This document shows, one piece after another, positions 62,115 to 64,000 of a DNA stretch of 64,000 nt. Both the position numbers and the translations under genes were made by a program. The notes beneath the pieces were generated by a model. That model searched no databases. It saw only the letters and a program-made list of their open reading frames with translations, and had not been told where the DNA came from. This stretch comes from Okamejei kenojei (taxonomy: Eukaryota): positions 21,328,001 through 21,392,000 of the forward strand of contig CM069163.1 in NCBI GenBank assembly GCA_035221665.1. The letters are read 5' to 3'. Every line of letters starts with the position of its first letter. The first letter of the stretch is position 1.

Positions 62115-62822
62115 CATGGCTACATAGGCAATAGGTACAGTAGGCCATTCGGCCCTTGGAGCCAACACCACAATTCAAAGTAATCATGGCTGATCATCCA
62201 CAATCAGTACCCGGTTTTCCTGATTTCTCCCCATATCACTTGATTCCTTTAGCCCTAAGAGCTGCATCTAACTCTCTTGAAAACATCAAATGAATTGGCC
62301 TCCACTGCCTTCTGAGGCAGAGAATTCCACAAATTCAACAACTCACTGTGTGAAAAGGTTTATCCTCATATCAGTTCTAAATGGCCTATCCCTTATTCTT
62401 AAACTGTGGCCCCTGGTTCTGGAATCCCCCAACATCAGGAACATGTTTCCTGCATCTAGCTTGTCCAATCCCTTAATAATGTTATATGTTTCGATAAGAT
62501 CACCTTTCGTCCTTCTAAATTCCAGTGAATGCAAGCCCAGTCGTTCCATTCTTTCATCATATGACAGTCCCGCCATCCCGGGAATTAACCTCGTTAACCT
62601 ACGCTGCACTCCCTCAATAGCAAGACTATCCTTCCTCAAATTAGGAGACCAAAACTGCACACAATACTCCAGGTGTGGTCTCACCAGAGCCCTGTACAAC
62701 TGCAGAAGGACCTCTTTGCTCCTATAATCAACTCCAGCCGTTATGAAGGCCAACATGCCATTAGCTTTCTTCACTGCCTGTTGTACCTGCATGCTTATTT
62801 TCAGTGACTGATGTACAAGGAC
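62115..62822 (-). mobile_element. CR1 3' part, inserted in a degenerate PLE repeat (~62070-62114, 62823-62940)
   Basis: ORF 62343..62894: [42 protein letters not shown]. Confidence 0.93.
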
Positions 62823-62986
62823 ATCAGACAGCATCTGTGAAGGGAAATGGACAGGCAACATTTTGGTTCTGGACTCTTCAGAGTCCTTCAGCACTTGGTT
62901 TTGTGCTCAGGATTCCTGCATCTGCAATCTGTTTTGTTTAAATTCAAGGTTTAGTTTAAATCCTCAAATAATCTAAGTGATCCTAA

Positions 62987-63517
62987 AGGGGCTGTCCCAC
63001 TTGGGCGACCTAATCCACGAGTTCTGGCAAGTTTGCCGTCAACTCATACTCGCAGCATGGTCAACACGAGGTCGTAGGAGGTCTTTGTAACTCTCCTTCA
63101 TGCTCGAGAGTAGTCCCCGTGTACTCGGGGCCTCAGCTAGGTCGCGGCGTATTTTTCAACATGTTGAAAAATGCCAGCGAATAAAAAAGGGCCGCCATGG
63201 AAAAAAGCGATACATTTTTACTCGTAGGTTTACTCGTAGTAGGTTAACATGTTATTCGTAGGTAATCGAGGGTAGTCGAAGGTAGCCGTAGATAGTCTTC
63301 ATAATAGTCAAAGGGAGGTCGAAGGAGGTCGTCTTCACTCTCCACTATTCGGTGTCCAATTTTCCCGAAGTTATTCGTAGCTAGTCGAAGCTGGTCTTCA
63401 ACATAGTTGAAGGAGGTCGAAGGAGGTCTTCAACATAGTCGAAGGAGGTCTTCAACATGACTTTTTTTCAAACTCTCCTAAAGTCGCCAGTTAGGTCGCC
63501 CAAATGGAACAGCCCCT
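62987..63517. mobile_element. PIF/Harbinger-type MITE
   Basis: 27-bp TIRs aggggctgtcccacttgggcgacctaa / ttaggtcgcccaaatggaacagcccct (2 mismatches); TAA left and TTA right; internal gtcgaaggaggtcttcaacat repeats. Confidence 0.85.
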
Positions 63518-63847
63518 TTAAGAGTCTTCCCGTTTATGTTTTTTTGATACTAACATTATTAATCTTAGATTTTCATACGATAATTAATCTCTTGTGTGGC
63601 AAATTCAGGAACAAGTTTAGAAACTTCCTTCTGAAACATAAGGCATTGAGGCTGGGCTTCAGAATCCTCTGTTTCCATAAACTCATCATATAATCTCAAC
63701 TAAACTAACTATAATTACAAATTGGCTTGACAGTAGTGGTACTCTGGTGGTATATGGTAAGATTGGTAACTGAAACCTTAGAATTATCAAGTGTTTAAAT
63801 CCATAACTACATAGCTAGAATTACCGGACCTGGGCTGTTACCCGCAT

Positions 63848-64000
63848 TCATAGAACGTGGAACATACAACACAGGAAAAGACCCTGCAGCCCACAATGCT
63901 CATGCCAAACACAATGCCAACTTAAATTGCATATGATCATATCCCCCCCATTCCCTGCATGTCCATGTTTCTGTCTAAAAGCCATTTAATTGCTACAATC
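63848..64000 (-). mobile_element. CR1 3' tail (runs off the window)
   Basis: catagaacgtggaaca...gcccacaatg...ccattccctgcatgtccatgtttctgtctaaaagcc. Confidence 0.65.

Overview
Eukaryotic (vertebrate) genomic DNA, AT-rich and almost entirely intronic. The repeat content (HE1-like tRNA SINEs, abundant CR1 LINEs, Penelope-like elements) points to a cartilaginous fish, probably a skate or ray; this is an inference. The only host gene is on the + strand: 12 consecutive phase-0 Gly-X-Y exons (54,45,45,54,54,54,54,54,108,54,108,54 bp; 738 nt, 246 aa, no interruption) from the triple helix of a fibrillar collagen. From recalled human sequences it matches COL27A1 much better than COL24A1. The gene starts and ends outside the window. 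The introns hold many CR1 fragments, several nested in one another, plus Rex1/Babar and RTE-X fragments, HE1-like SINEs, a DeuSINE relic, a non-autonomous Helitron carrying a MITE, an hAT element and PIF/Harbinger-type MITEs. Most notable are the Penelope-like element (PLE) pieces: their terminal repeat carries a minimal, dimer-type hammerhead ribozyme core (CTGAAGA-A-GGGTC-TC-GACCC-GAAA-CGTC), and it occurs repeatedly as short 100-200 bp insertions with their own 10-16 bp target-site duplications (TSDs). Nearly all ORFs in the supplied track are spurious or TE-derived. Repeat boundaries are approximate unless a TSD or terminal inverted repeat (TIR) is quoted.
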